The notes under the pieces: generated by a model
What the model was told of the DNA's origin: nothing
The model's input: the letters and a program-made list of their open reading frames with translations, nothing else
The model's database searches: none
Position numbers and translations under genes: made by a program
Shown here: positions 48,001 to 60,654 of the stretch, in pieces
How the letters are laid out: every line of letters begins with the position of its first letter
How positions within the stretch are numbered: position 1 is the first letter of the stretch
DNA from: Azolla caroliniana
Taxonomy: Eukaryota; Plantae; Polypodiophyta
DNA: 64,000 nucleotides
NCBI GenBank assembly: GCA_043228905.1
Contig: JBHGNT010000002.1
Coordinates: 4,898,001 to 4,962,000, forward strand
Direction of reading: 5' to 3'

Positions 48001-51000
48001 CTTGGGCCTTCACCATCCACCTGTTTCCAACTCCTCTTTCTGTACTCTCACCTCTTCTTCCCAATCATCGCATTGCTGTCTCCGACCCTAATAACGTTTA
48101 TGTTCCTCCTTTCTTCACACATGACAGGCACCACATGACACTTTACTACTCTTCTTCTGAAGTTGTACTGCCCTCAACTTCTCCCGTTGTGAATATTGTG
48201 TCTTTATATTATGGATCATACTGACGATTAGCAAAATAATATGAGATTAAGTAGAATAATAGATTAGGATGCTAAACCCCACCGACCAGCCTTGAGCAAA
48301 GGAGATGATACGAACATAAAATAGCATTGGTGTCCCATATCGCCAAATACCACCTTATGTTATACCTCAGATGTTGAATAACAGATTCAAAGAAAAGAAC
48401 TTAGTAGAATAATATGAGATTAAGTAGAATAATAGATTAGGATGCTAAACCCCACCGACCAGCCTCGAGCAAAGGAGATGATACGAACATAAAATAGCAT
48501 TGGTGTCCCATATCGCCAAATACCACCTTATGTTATACCTCAGATGTTGAATAACAGATTCAAAGAAGAGAACTTAGACTCACCAATTGAGACTTGACAG
48601 TGTCTCAAAGATGTCATAATGAAGGGGATAGCTAGTTCCTTTTATATAGCTCAACATCTAAGGCTCCCAGAACAGTACATGTTATCACGTGTCATATGTA
48701 TATATGGGTTTATCGCAAATCATAGGATAACCAGTTTCCTAACTATCCGATCCTTAAGAGATTAAAATTAGCTATACAATTGGTTTGTAAGGTTATGCCT
48801 ATAATTCTAGTTGTAAGAGACAACGAAGGAATGTTTATTTGTAAATCCCTTGAGATTAAGAAACCCAGGATGTCAAGAGAATTGAACACCTATATATACA
48901 TGGGGATGCAAATACTAATCTTTGAGACAGTAAAGGAAAGCGTTATTATTTCTAAATCCAATGTGATCATTAATCGAGCTGTCAAGAGGATTGAACACTA
49001 GATGGATGGAAATATCAATCTTTTGAGAGTCCTAGGATTGGGTCAATTTTTATCACGCAATTTGCAGTGATAATTTTTGAAGAGTATGGCCTTCTCATAA
49101 CCGTGCTAAAAAACATAGTCAATCAAAATCTATTACCTATCTCTTGGAATCCTGTGCACAACAGTACATAAGAAGTGCAGGACCAATATCTAGTTAACTG
49201 ACACTCCTGTGTACTCTGTCTTATTCTAATTTCTCATTTGGGTCTGTTATCTCCATTGTCTTCAGATTTACAGGAATACATATACAAGTTGAGAAAAATG
49301 TGTCACTGTCACATGCTACATTAATTTATTCTCATTCATATATGCTGTCTCTATTGCCTACAAGCATTCATACAAGAATAATAAGAACAAAAAATCAGAA
49401 ATAAAACATCCACCCTTGGGGAATGTCACGAAGAGGCCAGCTCTAACTCACTATTGCAGATATGATAGCTTAACCATTGTCCAAGAGTGAGTTAGAGGAC
49501 AAACACCTAGATATGGGATAGAGAAATCCAGAGTACACAAAAGCTCTAAAAATACATTGATTGCAGAGTGACAGTCTGTATTCAAACCAGACTAGTTTCA
49601 AATAAATTATAGGCATGCACAATTGAGTCCTAACTCATTCAATGCGTTTAAGAATAAGCTAAGATGGCAAATTAGTATTATATATCACTTGGAACCAATG
49701 AATTAACCCAATGAAATTTCATTATCACATTTGATAACATTTTTAAAATGTTTCCTATGGATAAAACTGCCTGGAGAAGCAGTAACATGGCATGAAGAAT
49801 GACCACCCAAACAGTCAACAGGTTACCTTAACAAATTAAAAACCATGTATGATTATGCTGGAAATGGTGGGTTATATATATATATATATATATTAATCCT
49901 AGTGTATAGAGTTAATATTTAGAAATCTACATATATACCTAACAAATACCTGTTGTATGTCTTCGGCAAACAGCTCTGGAGATTTCCCATAAGCACCAGT
50001 GGACAGCCTGAAAGAAATAAGCTGCAAGCCTAGAGGACTACTGAAAAGAGTGGAATTCTTGAACTGAGAACCATCACCCGAATATCCACAAGGTAATGCT
50101 CGGCTGAGCATATTGCCAAGAGATGCAAATTTGTCTGCAGAAATTATACTTTGGAATACATCTTGGCACCGTTCTGTTATCAATGCTCCTGGCAGAGATT
50201 CGTGTTTACTTAGCTGTATATCACCTCTTATATTTCCATCGATTGGTGTAAGAGTCATTGATGTTGCTGCATTTTCTCCCACTTGGAGATGTACTTCGGC
50301 AGAATCAGCATTCTTTATCACAAATTTAATTGACAACTTCAAGTAAATCCATTTGAATAAAGAGACAAAGTGAAAATAAATTAATAAAAATACACATGAG
50401 ACTGATTAGGAGGTTAAACTTTGAGACATATATGTGTAGGTAGAAGTATGCGTCGCTAAATACTAGGCATGGTAACCTTTGTATATCTGACTATAAGATA
50501 GAATTTCAATCTAAGTTGAACAAAATTTAATGAATGCATAGCTCACTTGGTTTCGCTTGATACAATCTTGTCCTTCTAAATTCATCGAAATGCGTTCAGT
50601 GTTACATCGAGGCGCTTTATTGGCCTTGTTGTAAATGTTATCACTTGCATATTTTGCACAACCACTATGTTTGTCAGCGAGAATAGACTTTATCCTCCGG
50701 TTTCCACGCCGATTCCGCACCTTAGTTTTCTTCCTACGGAACAAAGATAACAATCCAAGATATCTAGCCACTTGTGTCCTTGCTGTAAACTTTTTGCCAT
50801 TAGGAGCGTAATATGTATTGTATGTTTTATGTGGTTCAACTCTCCATCCTTCTTCAAGAGATCCACCAAGGCCCTCTATATAAGACTTGAAAATCTGCAC
50901 ATGATCGAGCTTCTCCGAAGACCCTTCATATATCGACGCAATCAATTGGTCAGGGTGGTTATGAGCATCAAATCCAGAATCTTCAAGGGATTTCTCATCA

Positions 51001-52548
51001 TTTTCTTTGGATTTTGCAATAGTACTCTCATGCTCGGTCTCATTGCTTATATGACCATTCTCATGCTTAACTTTTTCACCATTTTTTCGGTGGTGAAGAG
51101 GTAATCCCAGATATCTAGCTACTTGAGTTCTGGCGTTAAACTTCCTGTTGGTAGGAGAAAGATATATCTTGCATAGCTTGCCTTGTTCAGCTTTCCATCC
51201 TCCTTCCAGAGACCCACCAAGAGTCTCTATGTAAGATCTAAGTCCTTGCAAGGGATCAACCTTACGTTGTGTAGGAGAAACGGATAAGTTATTATGGTCA
51301 TGGAAAGCCGAGCCATGTTTTGAGGATGCATCATCATCATGGTTTGAAAAGCTCAAAACTGAAGCATCATGCTTTGCATTGGGTTTCGTCCACTGCTTCA
51401 GTTGAGATTCTTTTGGATTCTTTTGCTGTTTCAATTGAGCTTCAATCTGTTCAGATTCCTTAAATCGAGGTTCCTTTGGAAGAGATTCCTTCCTCACAGA
51501 GGTATCGGTCCTATGGCGATGCCGAGAAGATTTCTTTTTCTTCTCTTTTCTTGCCAATGTATGACCCAGTCCCTCAAAATGTTCATCTTTCGAGCTCAGA
51601 TCAGCCATATCCGAAACAGGAGAAGACTGACGGAGTCCACTGTGAAAGGATACATTCTTATCTGTATGAACCATATTTCTATCAAAATGGGACCCCATTA
51701 TAAAACTAGAAAATGTCATTATGATTCTCGAACAGATTAGGCTTCAACTTATTCATTATGCTTCTTGGAAAAAAGCTATAAATTTTTACGTATTTATGTT
51801 TCTTTCCTTGTTCAGTATGCTTTGCAAAAAGGTTGAGAAAGTAAGAGAAAATCTTATCATTTTCTTCGTTTGGCTTTCCAAAATGCTCAAGAAAATTAGA
51901 GAATTCCTTACATATTTATGTTTCTTTCCTTGTTCAGTACGCTTCCCAAAAACCTCAAGAAAGTTTAAGAAAAACTTATCATTTCTATGGTTTTCTCCTA
52001 TGCTTTTCAAAAGGCTCAACCCACATATTTATGTTTTCTACATTGTTCAGTATGTGCCTCAAAAAATCCACAGAGGTTAGATTAACATCTTGACTGCTTG
52101 TTTCATGGATCATTATTATGTTCAAGATGGTCAAGAAAGTTAGATAATTTCATACATATTTATGTTTTTTCCTTGTTCATTATGATTTTATAGAATATCG
52201 ACAAAGTTAAGGGAAATTCTTACATGTTATGCTGTTTTTTCATCGGCAAAGTTCAAGAGAAATTCTTACATGTTATGTTGTGCATAATGCTTCTCATAAA
52301 ACTTCAGAGACTGAATGAAAGATGAACTTACTATTACTGTTGTTCCCTTGTTCCGAAGCTTCGGGCTTCCTCTTACAAGGAAGAATCTTCACTGTAAGTG
52401 TCTTGTGGGTTGTGGGTTGAATGGAAAGATCTGTTTTCTGGTTCATACCCAAATCCTGCGCTGGGGAGGGGGCCCTAACTTGTCGACTGGTATCGCTGGA
52501 ATCAAGCATTTGGGCGACAGGATTTAGCAGGGAATCGCTCAAAATCAT
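45005..52548 (-). CDS. EHD3/MBD9-related chromatin protein, ~1024 aa, with 2 MBD-like and 4 PHD domains; exons 52548-52332, 51661-50547, ~50336-49950, 46594-46505, 46425-46359, 46203-45005
   Basis: Two GGSLExGW...YxxPxxxKFxARTQVARYLGL units; CQDVFQSIISADKFASL...ISFRLSTGAYGKSPELFAEDIQQVW (EHD3/MBD9-type); and C-terminal [36 protein letters not shown]. Splice phases are compatible. Exon 1 and the exon 3 acceptor (50336 or 50312) are less certain. Confidence 0.82.
48236..48578. repeat. 173-bp tandem duplication inside an LTR-like remnant in intron 3
   Basis: ATAATATGAGATTAAGTAGAATAATAGATTAGG...GATTCAAAGAA(A/G)AGAACTTAG occurs twice. A reversed TATA (CTATATAAA) is at ~48640. Confidence 0.9.
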
Positions 52549-53009
52549 GGGGAGGAAGGAAAAAGGGGGCTGGGGGGGGAGAGAAATTTGTCCTCCTCTG
52601 TTTCTCTTGAGTATGTATGTATGTATGTATGTGTCCCTCTCTCTGGTTTTGAACCCTCATCCTTTTACTTCTAACCTTCTAAGCTCCCTCCTCCCTCCCA
52701 AAACCTTAGTTATAACTTACAACTTTAGAACTTACAACTTTAGAACTTTAGAACTTTAGAAGAATGAGACAAAGGCACACTAGACACATGATGCATGTAT
52801 TTGGTCTTTGCCGGACAATGTGACGAAACCGGACATGTGCCGGCGATGTATAACCGAGTCGAATTATTCGAGTGTGGGGAGGATGAGATTGAATGTGCCT
52901 GGTTCCAGACCGTTCCATACAGAACCTCGAAAGAAAAGGTTCCTTGAGGAAACTCATTACAGCCAGGTGGACGCGTCGACCCTCGCAAGCGTCCTAGTTT
53001 GATACCCTG

Positions 53010-54196
53010 CCTCGGCTTTAAAAGCCTTGTCTGTTAGATGAGGAGATTGGCTAAAATGCGGTGTATGTGTATTAGAAAAGCGTAGATATTATACTCCATA
53101 ACTAAGGTGTATGTGTGTAGTACGTTGGCGATGATGATTATGATGGTATTTAAGCATTCTCTAGATGCGAGAAACATGATTTGTCTTGGTTTTAAAGACC
53201 ATTGTCTATTAGATGAGGAGATTGGTTAAAATGTGGTGTATTGTATTAGAAAATCATAGATATTATACTCTATCACCAAGGTGTATGTGTCTAGTATGAT
53301 TATTACGATGGTATTTTGGCATACTCTATATGCGAGAAACATGATGTAAAGGCCAGGTCTGTTACACGAGGAGATTGATTGAAATATCGTCTATTGTATT
53401 AGAAAAGCGTCTATATTATACTCCATCACCAAGGTTTATGTGTCTAGTATGATGATTGGTTTGGTATGTTTGCATCCTCTAGATGAGAGAAACTGTTAGA
53501 AATCGATTAGCCACAACCGATTACACGTTCGTGTTCGTGTGCAAAAATCAAGAACTAGTACACAGACAAGAAAAACGTGTAGACACAGACACACCAATGT
53601 TTTACGTGGAAAACCGAAAATGGGAAAAAACAACGGGGGTCCACAAACCCCGAGAAAAACAAACCACTATAGTAGAGAGGAAGTACAAGTACGGAACTCA
53701 GAGGCAACGACCTCGAGTTGTCCTTCATCTGACAGATGGCTACAGAGTTACACTCTCACTCTCTCACGCTCACTGTTACAGAGGCAACTACCTTGTTTGA
53801 ACTTTTTCAATAATGATCAACTATGTACTTACTAAAGTTTGCCCTAGTTGCTTATAAACAAAAGCAACTTTTTGGCTATTTACAAGTATAACCCACAAGG
53901 GCATTTTAGACTATTTACAATTATAGTCTTCCGAAACGATTTTGGTTTTCGATTATGATTACGATTTCAATTTCAATTTCTGATTACGATTATGATGTCG
54001 GTTTCGGCCGAGGCCAATACTCGCCAACACAGTACTCACTTCCCATCCGGAGGGACATGTTTCCCAACATGACCTATCTCGGTTTTAAAGGTCATGTCTG
54101 TTAAATGAGGAGATTGGTTAAAATGTGGTGTATTATATTAGAAAAGTGTCGATATCATACTTCATCACCAAGGTGTCTAGATGAGAGAAACATGAT
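53010..54196. repeat. ~165-175 bp tandem repeat (3 units + 1 partial), interrupted by an LTR-like insert
   Basis: TGTCTGTTAGATGAGGAGATTGG.TAAAATG.GGTGTA...ATTAGAAAAG...CACCAAGGTGT...GAGAAACATGA occurs at ~53010, 53185, 53348 and 54078. Confidence 0.9.
53494..54069. mobile_element. Probable LTR inserted in the tandem array
   Basis: TGTTAG...CCAACA termini and a TTTACGTGGAAAACC motif typical of copia LTR regions. No clean TSD was found, and the right end may instead be 54029. Confidence 0.55.
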
Positions 54197-54989
54197 CAAT
54201 GGAACCCAAAAAGCATCTTATAAGAGAGTTTTCTCAATGAGTGCATGTGATGTAGCTAGATGAATAAGTCTCACTTCGGGAAGTTGTAGAGGTTTGGTGC
54301 ATGTTTGAAGCATTCTTGGATTGTTAAGTCATATCGTATTGAGTGATGATATCCTAATCATGAAAATCACTCTATATAGTCCTCTCCCAACTCCATTCCC
54401 AAATTACAAACTATGACATGGGGTTCACAATACGTGACCAAGTATTCAAGCCATTTCCTTGACATGTTGTGGGTATTTTGTATCTTATTACCCTAACTCA
54501 TAATTAACATTGTGTAAGTATAAAGCTTTCGTAGGGATGATATTAGAACCCTACATATTTTTTGTCATTTGACCATTTTTTCCCTCTAGGAGCATTGAGG
54601 ATTAACATCCATTGTAGGAACAAAAAAAAAAGGTTTTCAACAAACGACAACAATTAACTAGATTTTTTGGAGTAATTTATTTATCTCAGAAGTATGCATT
54701 CGAGGTAAAAAAAACATTACGTTCTTGTCATAGATGATCCTGTTATTGTCACTAATTGTAGTGTTCATGCCAAAAGAATGCCCCTTTCTATAATATGTGG
54801 CACCCATAGTGCGAAGTTCCATTATCAACATTTTAAACGATGTTATTCACATCTATAATTTTAAAGGAGTTAATATATCAATAAATGAAAATTCCTTTTT
54901 CATTTACAAGTCACAAAAACAAATATCTCGCAATAATATTGTGAAGTGCACATAAAGAGATCAAAACCAACCTACTTAGCTTCTTACTT

Positions 54990-56760
54990 CTTGCTCAATT
55001 TATAGTCGATACAAAGGTACCCATTTGGGTTGGTTTAGCTACATGCGTGCTAAAAAGGGTCCTAAAAGGGTGGCACAAAGGAACACATGCACACCACATT
55101 TCCCCCCCGAGAGAAACAAGGAGGTTTACGACATGGGGAAAGGACAGGGGGTCAGAAGGTGGGCTTGGGGTGGCATAGGGCTTGATGCAGACAACATGGG
55201 CAGAGGTGAATCAACCATTGAAATCGCGTCAGAGCAAGTACGTAGTGGATCTGATGGCATGAACTGCGGTGAACGGGTCGATCCATGCATGAGGGATCCG
55301 CTGAGACTGTGCCTCCGGACTAGGAAGTAAACAAGGGCATTGGTTCCATCAACATAAGTTGGGGTAATTCAACCCACATTGTAGTGTTGCTTCTGGCGTT
55401 GTGTGACTTGCAGGTTTCGGGAGTTGGCTTGTCAAAGGAAGGGGAGCATTTGTTGGAGATAGAGCCCCCAAGTGGCACTATCCATGTTGGTAGTTTGGAA
55501 TGCACGTCAATGGACGATTATGGTGGGAGGCGAGGGTTGCGCCCATAGAGTGCTCGAAAAGGGCTAATCCGTGTTGACGCATGTACAGATGTATTGTAGG
55601 CATCGATGAAAGATTTGATCCTAGTTTTTGTGGCATGGATCGATGTAAGTGGGAATCTCTTGCTTGAGGGTCTTGTTGAGGCGTTCGGTGAGGCCATTTG
55701 TCTAAGGATGGTATGGGGACATAAACACCTGTTGGACACCTAGTTGAGCTGCAACGACATTGAGGACATCCCCGTGGAACTCGCGGCCATGATCAAATAA
55801 TAATTGGATGGGGCAACCATGTTGAAAAATTACCTTGTGCAAAAGTTGGGAGGTGATTGTTGGCGCAGTGACGTTAGGGATGACAACGGTTTCAACCCAT
55901 CTGGTGAGGTATTTTGTTATGACCAGGATATACTTATAGCCCCAGGGGGTTTCAGGAAAAGGTTCCATGAAATCCCATTTGACGAGCTCGAAAGGTGATT
56001 TGACGTTGATGGGCCGGAGCATTCCAATGGGCTTGCCTACAGGTTTGATGTGTTGACACAAAGCACATTGTTTGATGTGGGTCGAGACAGAGTGCCACAT
56101 GTTGGGCCAGTAATACATGTGGTGTAAATTTTCAAGAACCTTGTGGAAACTGAGATGGCCCGACAATGGGTGGTTGTGATAATATTGGAGGTATGTTTGT
56201 TGTAGGGCATGAGGGATGTAGAGGCGAGGCTCGTGATGCGCTTGAATGAAGAACACCAAGCTATCGCAGAGCATGAACCGTCGTTGTGAGGGAAATGGTT
56301 GGAGGGAGCACAACCAATGGGTTATCTCTTGGATGGCGGGGTCGTGTTGTTGAGGTGTAGCGAGTTGTGGCAGCGGCAACAGAAGACTGAATGGCTCGAG
56401 GAGAAATTGGACAGCCTGGAAGTTGGCGCGAGAGAGACTATTAGCGACCAAATTGGTTACACCTTTTCGATAGGAGAGGGTAAATTGATAACCTTGGAGT
56501 GCCAGCGTCCATCACAACAAACGACCCGGGGGGTGAGGTCGATGGATAAGAGAAAGCAAGGGTTGGTGGTTAGTCTCAACTGTAACCTGTCCGCCGTAAA
56601 GGTATGGGTGAAAATGCTAGAAAGACTAGACGATTGCAAGTAGTTCCTTCTCAGTGGTTGAGTAGTTACATTCAGCCGGCGTGAGAGTTCGGCTAATGAA
56701 GGAGACTGCCTTCTCTTTGTCGAATATGGGTGTATAATGTCCGTATTCACTCTATCCATT
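54990..56760 (-). mobile_element. Ty3/gypsy fragment: RNase H, integrase, PPT and start of the 3' LTR
   Basis: VANSLSR, HNHPLSGH...YYWPNM...CALCQ, KYILVITKYLTRWVE, HGCP, SPYHP, AYNTSVHAST. The PPT GGGGGGGAAA is followed by TG at 55098 on the - strand. Confidence 0.88.
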
Positions 56761-56770
56761 GGACAATCTA

Positions 56771-57035
56771 TGTTTAGGACAATTTTGTAAATATGTCAAA
56801 GGGTAGTTGCCCTAGTCCAGTTAGTATATAATTAGCTTTGTAACCTAGCCCAAAGGGTTGTTGCCTCTATATTGTTGTAACTCTGAGTTTTGAATAATAT
56901 AGTTACACATTGTCTGTCCCTTCATTCTGTCTCCTTGATCTTGCTTTACTATACCAACTTGGTGATCTTCTTAGCAAAGGTGTTGTTCATGTTTTCGCAC
57001 TGACGAACCTATAGTCTAACATTTGGTATCAGAGC
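56771..57035 (+). mobile_element. LTR (~250 bp) followed by a tRNA-iMet PBS
   Basis: TGTTTAG...CTAACA (ending 57021), then TGGTATCAGAGC at 57024-57035. Confidence 0.8.
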
Positions 57036-57219
57036 ACGAGGTTATTCAACTCGCTGTCGACTGTCATTTGTTTTTTTCAACAACATTCTTGCCCCTGTCT
57101 TCTTGAAGACCCCGAGTTCAAGATCTCATATTGAGAAGAGAAAGACAACTGAAGATTTGCACTCTACTGAGCTAGATCACTCTTAAGGTAAGTTAACCAG
57201 TTGTACCTTGCTTCTATGA

Positions 57220-60133
57220 TTCCAAGATCTTTCATGACAAACGATTTGCCTAGAGCTTTCTTCAAGCTTCTGATCTTCTGTGTATCTTGACCAACTATCA
57301 ACATGTCATCCACATGTAACAAGAGAATTAAGAAGTCACCTTCGTCATACCTTTTGACGAACACACAATGATCAACCTGTGTTTTTTGGAATCGATGTTC
57401 TGTCATGAAGGATTTGAACTTACTTGTACCATTGGCGTGGAGCTTGTTTGAACCCATACACACTTTTCTTCAGTTGACACACCAGATTCTCTTTCCCTTT
57501 CTCCACTAAACCTTCGGGCTGCTACATGTAGATCTCTTCATCCAGCTCCCCGTGCAAGAATGTTGTCTTGATATCCAACTATTCGATCTCCAGATCCATG
57601 CTCGTAGTAATGCTCAAAACTGTTTGGATGGATGTCATCTTCACAACTAGCGCGAATATTTCGTCAAAGTCGACACCCTTTTTATGTTGGAACCCCTTCA
57701 CCACTATCTGGGCTTTATACATGGGTGCACTGTCAACTTCTCATGTCTTCACCTTGTAGACCCATCTATTCTTGAGTGCTCTCTTACCTTTCGGCAACTC
57801 TACTAGGTCGTAAGTATAATTCTCGTGCAAGGAATCCATCTCTTCTTGCATCACATTTAGCCAATTCTCGCTATGCTTGTCGGCTGTGGCTTCTTCATAG
57901 CACTTGGGTTCACCTTCATTAGTCAAGAGGATGTATTGACTGGCATATGTTGTCAGTGCTCTCCTTTCTCTGAGTGGGTATCTCATTCCACTCATTGTTG
58001 GCCCTCGTTCTTGGCTCGGGTTCATTCACGTCGATTGGTTGTTGGATGTCCACTAACTCCGATTCATATTCTTCGATCAACTGCAATAGGTCTGCCGACT
58101 CAGACTCATAGTTAGTCAGTCTCTCCGAGTCGACTGACTCGGATTCGGTTGTGCCAACTGGCTATCTCCGAACAACCGACTCAGTCGGTCCATTTGGCCT
58201 TAGGTCAATAGTAGTGGGCGTCGATTCCGATTTCTGTTGTTTCGAGTCCTCTATTGTCTTGTCTTCCAAGAAGACGACATCCCGACTCCTCACTACTTTC
58301 TTATTGACTAAATCCCATAACCTATAGCCGAACTCATCTTCCGAGTATCCCATGAATATGCATGGCTTCGACCTCTGATCCTTAGGCACATGCATATACG
58401 CTAAACATCCAAACACCCTCAGGTGTTGGAACGAGACATCCTTACGTATCCACACCCTCTGTGGGACATCACGCTTCAATGGCACGGAGGGAGACCTATT
58501 GATTAGATAAACAATTGTGTACATCGCCTCAACCCAGTATATTTTCGGTAGTTTAGCATGCGACAACATGCTCCTTACTCTCTCCATGATTGTTCGATTC
58601 ATCCTCTCTGCAAGACCGTTCAACTCAGGGGTCTTTGGCATTGTGTATTCAATTCGAATACCTTGGGCCTTGCAATATTCCTCAAACTGCCCTCTATATT
58701 CGCCACCATTGTCGGTTCAGATAGTCTTCAACTTTCGACCCGACTCCTATTCATCTCTTGCTTGGAACTCCTTGAAATACGACAATACTTGATCTTTTGA
58801 CTTTAGTACAAAAGCCCACAACTTCCGATTGTAGTCATCGATGAAGGTCACAAAGTACTGTCCTCCTCGATGCGATGGAGCATCTACATAGCACACATCC
58901 GTGTGTACTAGTTCCAACACAACTTCTCTTCTTCTTGGTGGTCTTGTGTGGAATGTTGTTCGGTTCTGCTTTCCCACTAAGTAGTCAACACACTTCTCTA
59001 GGTGCACTCCTTTGACTTCTAGCAAAAGCTTCTGGTCGGCCAACAGATGCATTCCCTCTTTACTCATGTGGCCTAGCCTCTTATGCCATAACTCTCTGCT
59101 CGAGTCGGTTGCCACATTTGCTTTCGATTTACATAGTCGGGCATGCATCATATACAATGTGCCTTCTTTTTGTGCTTGTGCCACTATGAGGTTTCCTCGA
59201 CAGAACTTCCACTTGCCATTCCAAAAGCTACCATTGTAGCCTTCGTCATCCATCTTTCCAGTTGATATTAGATTCAATCTTATATTGGGGATATGTCGAA
59301 CATCCTTTAGAGTCAGTCAACACCTTGTCGACGTTAGCAATGGGCACAGTTTCGGCTCAAACCGAACTGAATCGTTAAGCCATGGTTTAACAGTTTATTG
59401 GTTCCAATAAAATTTAATGGTTTGGATTCTCAATAAACGATTCAGTTTCGGTTCGGTTCTAAAACTCAGGTTTATAGGTTTGGTTTAAAGGTTTTTAGGT
59501 TTTTGGTTAACTTTTTTTTTTTACCTTAATAGTTTATTGATGTAATGGTTTAATTAATGGTTTTTTATTGATTTAATTAATTTAACTTAAATGTTTATTT
59601 AATTTAATGGTTCAATTAAAGTTTCTTTTATTGATTTAATCAATTTAACTTAAATGCTTATTTAATTTAATGTATTTTTGTTTCTTTAGATGTTTAACTA
59701 GTTTGACTTAAGTGGTTAGGTTTAAATTTTTTATGAAATGGTTCGGTTTGGTTTCAACTTTTCCCTAAATGGTTTGGTTTTAACTTTTTCTTAAATGGTT
59801 TGGTTTAAATACTAAGAGTTCATAAATGGTTTGGTTTGGTTTGGTTTTAAATAAACGGTTTGGTTTCTTTGCCTTGAAACCGAACCGTGCCCATTGTTAG
59901 TCGATGTCGTCAAGTAGACACTTCCGACTCCGGCTATCTTGCACTCCCCATTGTCACCCAAGGGAATTCTTCGCTTGCAAAGTTTGCACTTGCTTGTTCA
60001 CAAATGAACAAGAGTTCTTTGTTGCTTGTAGCAATGGCTGAAGTCTTCTTTTCTTCAAGAATCTTCTTGGGTTCGACATTATTACCGACACTCTTTTCCT
60101 TCTTAAGATGTCGGCAGTCCTTCTCAAAGTGTC
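57220..60133 (-). mobile_element. Ty1/copia (Tnt1-like) pseudogenised pol: zinc knuckle end, GAG-pre-integrase, integrase, RT
   Basis: HFEKDC; KDVRHIPNIRLNLISTG; LWHKRLGHMS; LVHTDVC...YFVTFIDD; TPELNGLAERMNRT; HLRVFGC; LVELPKGKRALKNRWVYKVK; LLLHVDDMLI; MKDLG. Multiple stops and frameshifts are present. Confidence 0.93.
59335..59899. mobile_element. hAT-type MITE (565 bp) nested in copia, 8-bp TSD GTCGA(C/T)GT
   Basis: TIRs TAGCAATGGGCAC / GTGCCCATTGTTA, with TSD at 59327-59334 and 59900-59907. Removing it restores the copia frame VYLTTSTRC*LTLKDVRHIP. Confidence 0.9.
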
Positions 60134-60580
60134 TGTCATGATATGGCAAGACTCGAACCCATGACCTTATGGTATATGGGTCGAGCTCTTAACCATCACA
60201 CCATCTATTGTAATTCATAGGATATTATTTTCATTTATGTTTTATTATAAGAAAGTAATGTATATTCCAGATTTCTCTAGAACATTCTAGAAGTTTTAGG
60301 ATTACTCCTGACAACACTATAAAAGAAGGCACTAGGCATTATGTTGAACCAAATTGGTTCAACGCTAGTCTTAAGCTTCTCAGCCGCTTTGTACTTATCT
60401 TTTCACATAATATATTAGTTGTTGTCATCATCTTTCTATCTCTCATCCTCGCTATCTCTCTCTCTCTCTCCTGTTCTCACTTCCTCTCTCGGGAATCTTA
60501 TGCAGTCCCATCCTCTTAGTACTAATAGTACTACTCTTCTTAGTACTAATTCCATCTCTGCTTTAGTACTATTCCTGACA
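60134..60580 (+). mobile_element. 5' LTR (447 bp) of a Tcn1-like gypsy element
   Basis: TGTCA...TGACA termini and TATAAAA at 60318. It lies immediately upstream of gag and truncates the copia element. Confidence 0.85.
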
Positions 60581-60654
60581 GTTTGAACCAATTTCGTCCT
60601 TTCCTCCAGCCTACTTGTCGTTCTCCCTCATCCTCCTACCCTTTTCCCTATACT

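Noticed and set aside
47225-48140. Additional coding exons within the 3.35-kb intron of the EHD3-like gene
   Set aside because: The flanking exons join in phase to give the conserved EDIQQ|VW motif, so no exon is needed.
60140-60207. Functional tRNA gene
   Set aside because: A/B boxes are present, but no convincing acceptor stem or anticodon arm is visible and it lies inside an LTR. It is treated as tRNA-derived.
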